Below, piece after piece: positions 61,975 to 64,000 of a stretch of DNA of 64,000 nt. Position 1 is the first letter of the stretch; each line of letters begins with the position of its first letter. This DNA is from Pavona decussata. Its lineage: Eukaryota. The stretch spans positions 5,394,001 through 5,458,000 of the forward strand of contig CDRNST010000273.1 of assembly GCA_977016875.1 (NCBI GenBank). Reading direction: 5' to 3'. Under the pieces are notes generated by a model. The model did not search any database. It saw nothing but the letters and a program-made list of their open reading frames with translations, and was not told where the DNA came from. The position numbers were made by a program, and so were the translations under genes.

Positions 61975-62830
61975 CTAAAGATTTGTATTTTGGCAGCCTC
62001 CAGAGCAGAGGCAAAGTTCGGTGCAAGAGAGGGTGGCCTTTACACATTTGCAGCGAAGACTCGAACAGCCTTTCTTGCAGCCACGCTTGAGCAGTTCACT
62101 ACAGGCTTTTGATGCTTCTGGAAGTTTTGTCCAAAGAGGCCACCAATAATCTTCGTCTTGTTTCCAACCAAACGCAGATGGTGCGGGGATCATCTGTCGT
62201 TCCCCGAGAGACATCCACATGCTGGCCTGGTATAAGGCTCTGTTGACGTGGTTAAAAAGGGCGTCCTAAGAAAATTGTAATAAAAGAGTGTTAACCATGT
62301 CTCTTTACTAAATTAATAGATTGAATAACTATTCAAGAACTACGTATTATGTAAGTCACTAAATGTAATGAACCTCTGCTTTGACTTGACAGTTGGACAA
62401 GTTGAAAAAGACTTAAATCACTCTATGCGCTGAAAAGAATAACATATGTAAGACTGGGGTTTGTGCTGGTACATACAGATTGTTCCGCTTACCCCTGTCG
62501 GAGGAAAGCTTTCTAGCTGTCCTCCCTTTTTTGTGAGTAGTTCTCGTCAAGCAGCATTCTCGTCAACAGCAAGGCTGGTCTTGTCGTAAAGCACGATAAC
62601 AAACCGTTGAAGAATGCTAAAACAAGGGGAACCTATCTCCAGTGATACAAAAGATGAGTCCCTCTAATAAAAAAAAGCTTCTGTGGCCGCCGGATACGAG
62701 TTCCAAGCTTCCTATGCTGATTTCTTTCCTTTTCCCAGGAATGCAGACATCATATCGCACCCAGTAAGTGCATGAAAAAGTGGTAGCACCCGAGATTTCT
62801 CTTCTCCCAAATACTTGCAGATACTGATTG
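61975..62830 (-). pseudogene. C-terminus of an Academ-type XPG/PIN-like + Cys-rich protein; intron 62492-62266
   Basis: LPLFHALTGCD..SAFLGKGKKSA..W, RFVIVLY, FPPT|DAL..H..RA.YQA..W, P...GW, C..GC...RCKCVKA.L.CTELCLC.G.C. Confidence 0.65.
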
Positions 62831-63370
62831 ACAGGTACCCCTACAAGATTACCCCCACAGTACTCTTCATGTGGCTTTGAAAGGCATTCTACATAGCAAG
62901 TCCTTGTTCATGATGTTCGCTCTTTTGCACGGCACTTTGATCATCTTTTATCTGACTTTCAAATTCTTGTAATGAACTTCAATATTCAAATGAGAAGACA
63001 AGACATCTGGACATAAAATACGGTCTAAAGCCCGGCTAAATGTGGTAACTTACACGAATTTAACAGCATGCGCTAAACAGAAGATTGAAAATTGAATGAA
63101 AACTTAACGAGTGAGCAGCACTCTGCGAACTGTAATTGTATAACTCTTTATTTCACCTACGCGTTTCGTGTGCGTCTAGGAAACAGGCGGTAAATTTCGG
63201 CAAGGTGTGACATATTTTGTGCGCGATATAATTTTGGGGGCAACAGATTAATAAAAAACTTAAGTAGTGAGTAGCACTCTGCGAACTCTTTATTTCTCCT
63301 ACGCGTTTCGTGTGACTAACGCACGCTTTGTCAGGGAATTTAACAACACCACACGAAGCGCCTGAATATA

Positions 63371-63809
63371 CACTCGATTGCAAAAACGTTGACACCTAAA
63401 AGCATAAACCGTGAATGATGAGACCCAATGGCTTTATGGGTATAAGTGTACTAAATTTATTTGCATATTCTAATCTCGTGCGACGTATGATGATTAAAAT
63501 TAGTTGCACGTGGTGAATGATGGAAACTGTCAAAGCAAGTTGGCCAACAAGGGCCAATTTGAGTGTTATACAATTCGCTATTTGCCTAAGTTCAAAACAG
63601 GCAATGAACTTAAGCAATATTTGGTAGAAAATTATTTGGAATCATTCGGAAGAATTAAGTTAGCACTGCATTTTTTATTGCAAAGAATGAGAATGGTAAA
63701 TTATTGATTATGGAAAAAAAGTTATTGTTTAAACAGTGCCCACAGATCCGTTGGGTCTCATCGTTCACGGTTTATGCTTTTTAGGTGTCAACCTTTGTGC
63801 AATCGAGTG
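63371..63809. mobile_element. Tc1/mariner-type MITE
   Basis: ~60-bp TIRs CACTCGATTGCA..GTTGACACCTAAAAGCATAAACCGTGAA.GATGAGACCCAA, mirrored at ~63750-63809; TATA on both flanks. Confidence 0.8.
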
Positions 63810-64000
63810 TATACCTAACTCATACTAGAGTTTACATTTAGTAAGAACACACCTACGGATATACATATAGGAATGACAAATTCCGGGGTAATTTGTTTAG
63901 AAAACAGGCGGAAAATTTCGGCAAAGTGTGATATATTTTCTGCGTGAGCTAAAACTGTGCCCTTCCCCCACCCCCCCCCCCCAAAAAAAAAAATAATAAA

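Overview
Eukaryotic (metazoan) DNA, probably from a stony coral or other cnidarian, inferred from the transposon families and GT-AG introns. The window is almost entirely nested and mostly decayed transposable elements; no intact host gene is evident. From left to right: a DUF6589/Academ-like fragment and a SAP-domain exon; a 9.1-kb Sola3-type DNA transposon with ~880-bp TIRs and TTAA TSD; a PIF/Harbinger Myb gene and transposase separated by ~15 kb of insertions (Penelope, a second Myb/SANT gene broken by a CR1/L2-type LINE, a MITE, pogo, a foldback element); a degenerate transposase/OTU-like gene; an EnSpm/CACTA-like element (palindrome array, BEN-domain gene, transposase); nested Gypsy and BEL/Pao remnants; and an Academ XPG/Cys-rich fragment. 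The most interesting object is a complete 7.15-kb tyrosine-recombinase retrotransposon (PAT-like DIRS with split direct repeats, 34548-41696, minus strand). Its gag, pol and recombinase frames lack suitable ATGs, and each opens at a phase-0 splice acceptor compatible with one shared 35-codon leader exon. It also has a 15-nt 5'/3' complementary pair (candidate self-priming site), a long 3'-terminal hairpin, a 6-bp AATAGT core at both ends and at the internal junction, and an intronic double-hairpin tandem array. All calls are from manual reading; no database searches were run.
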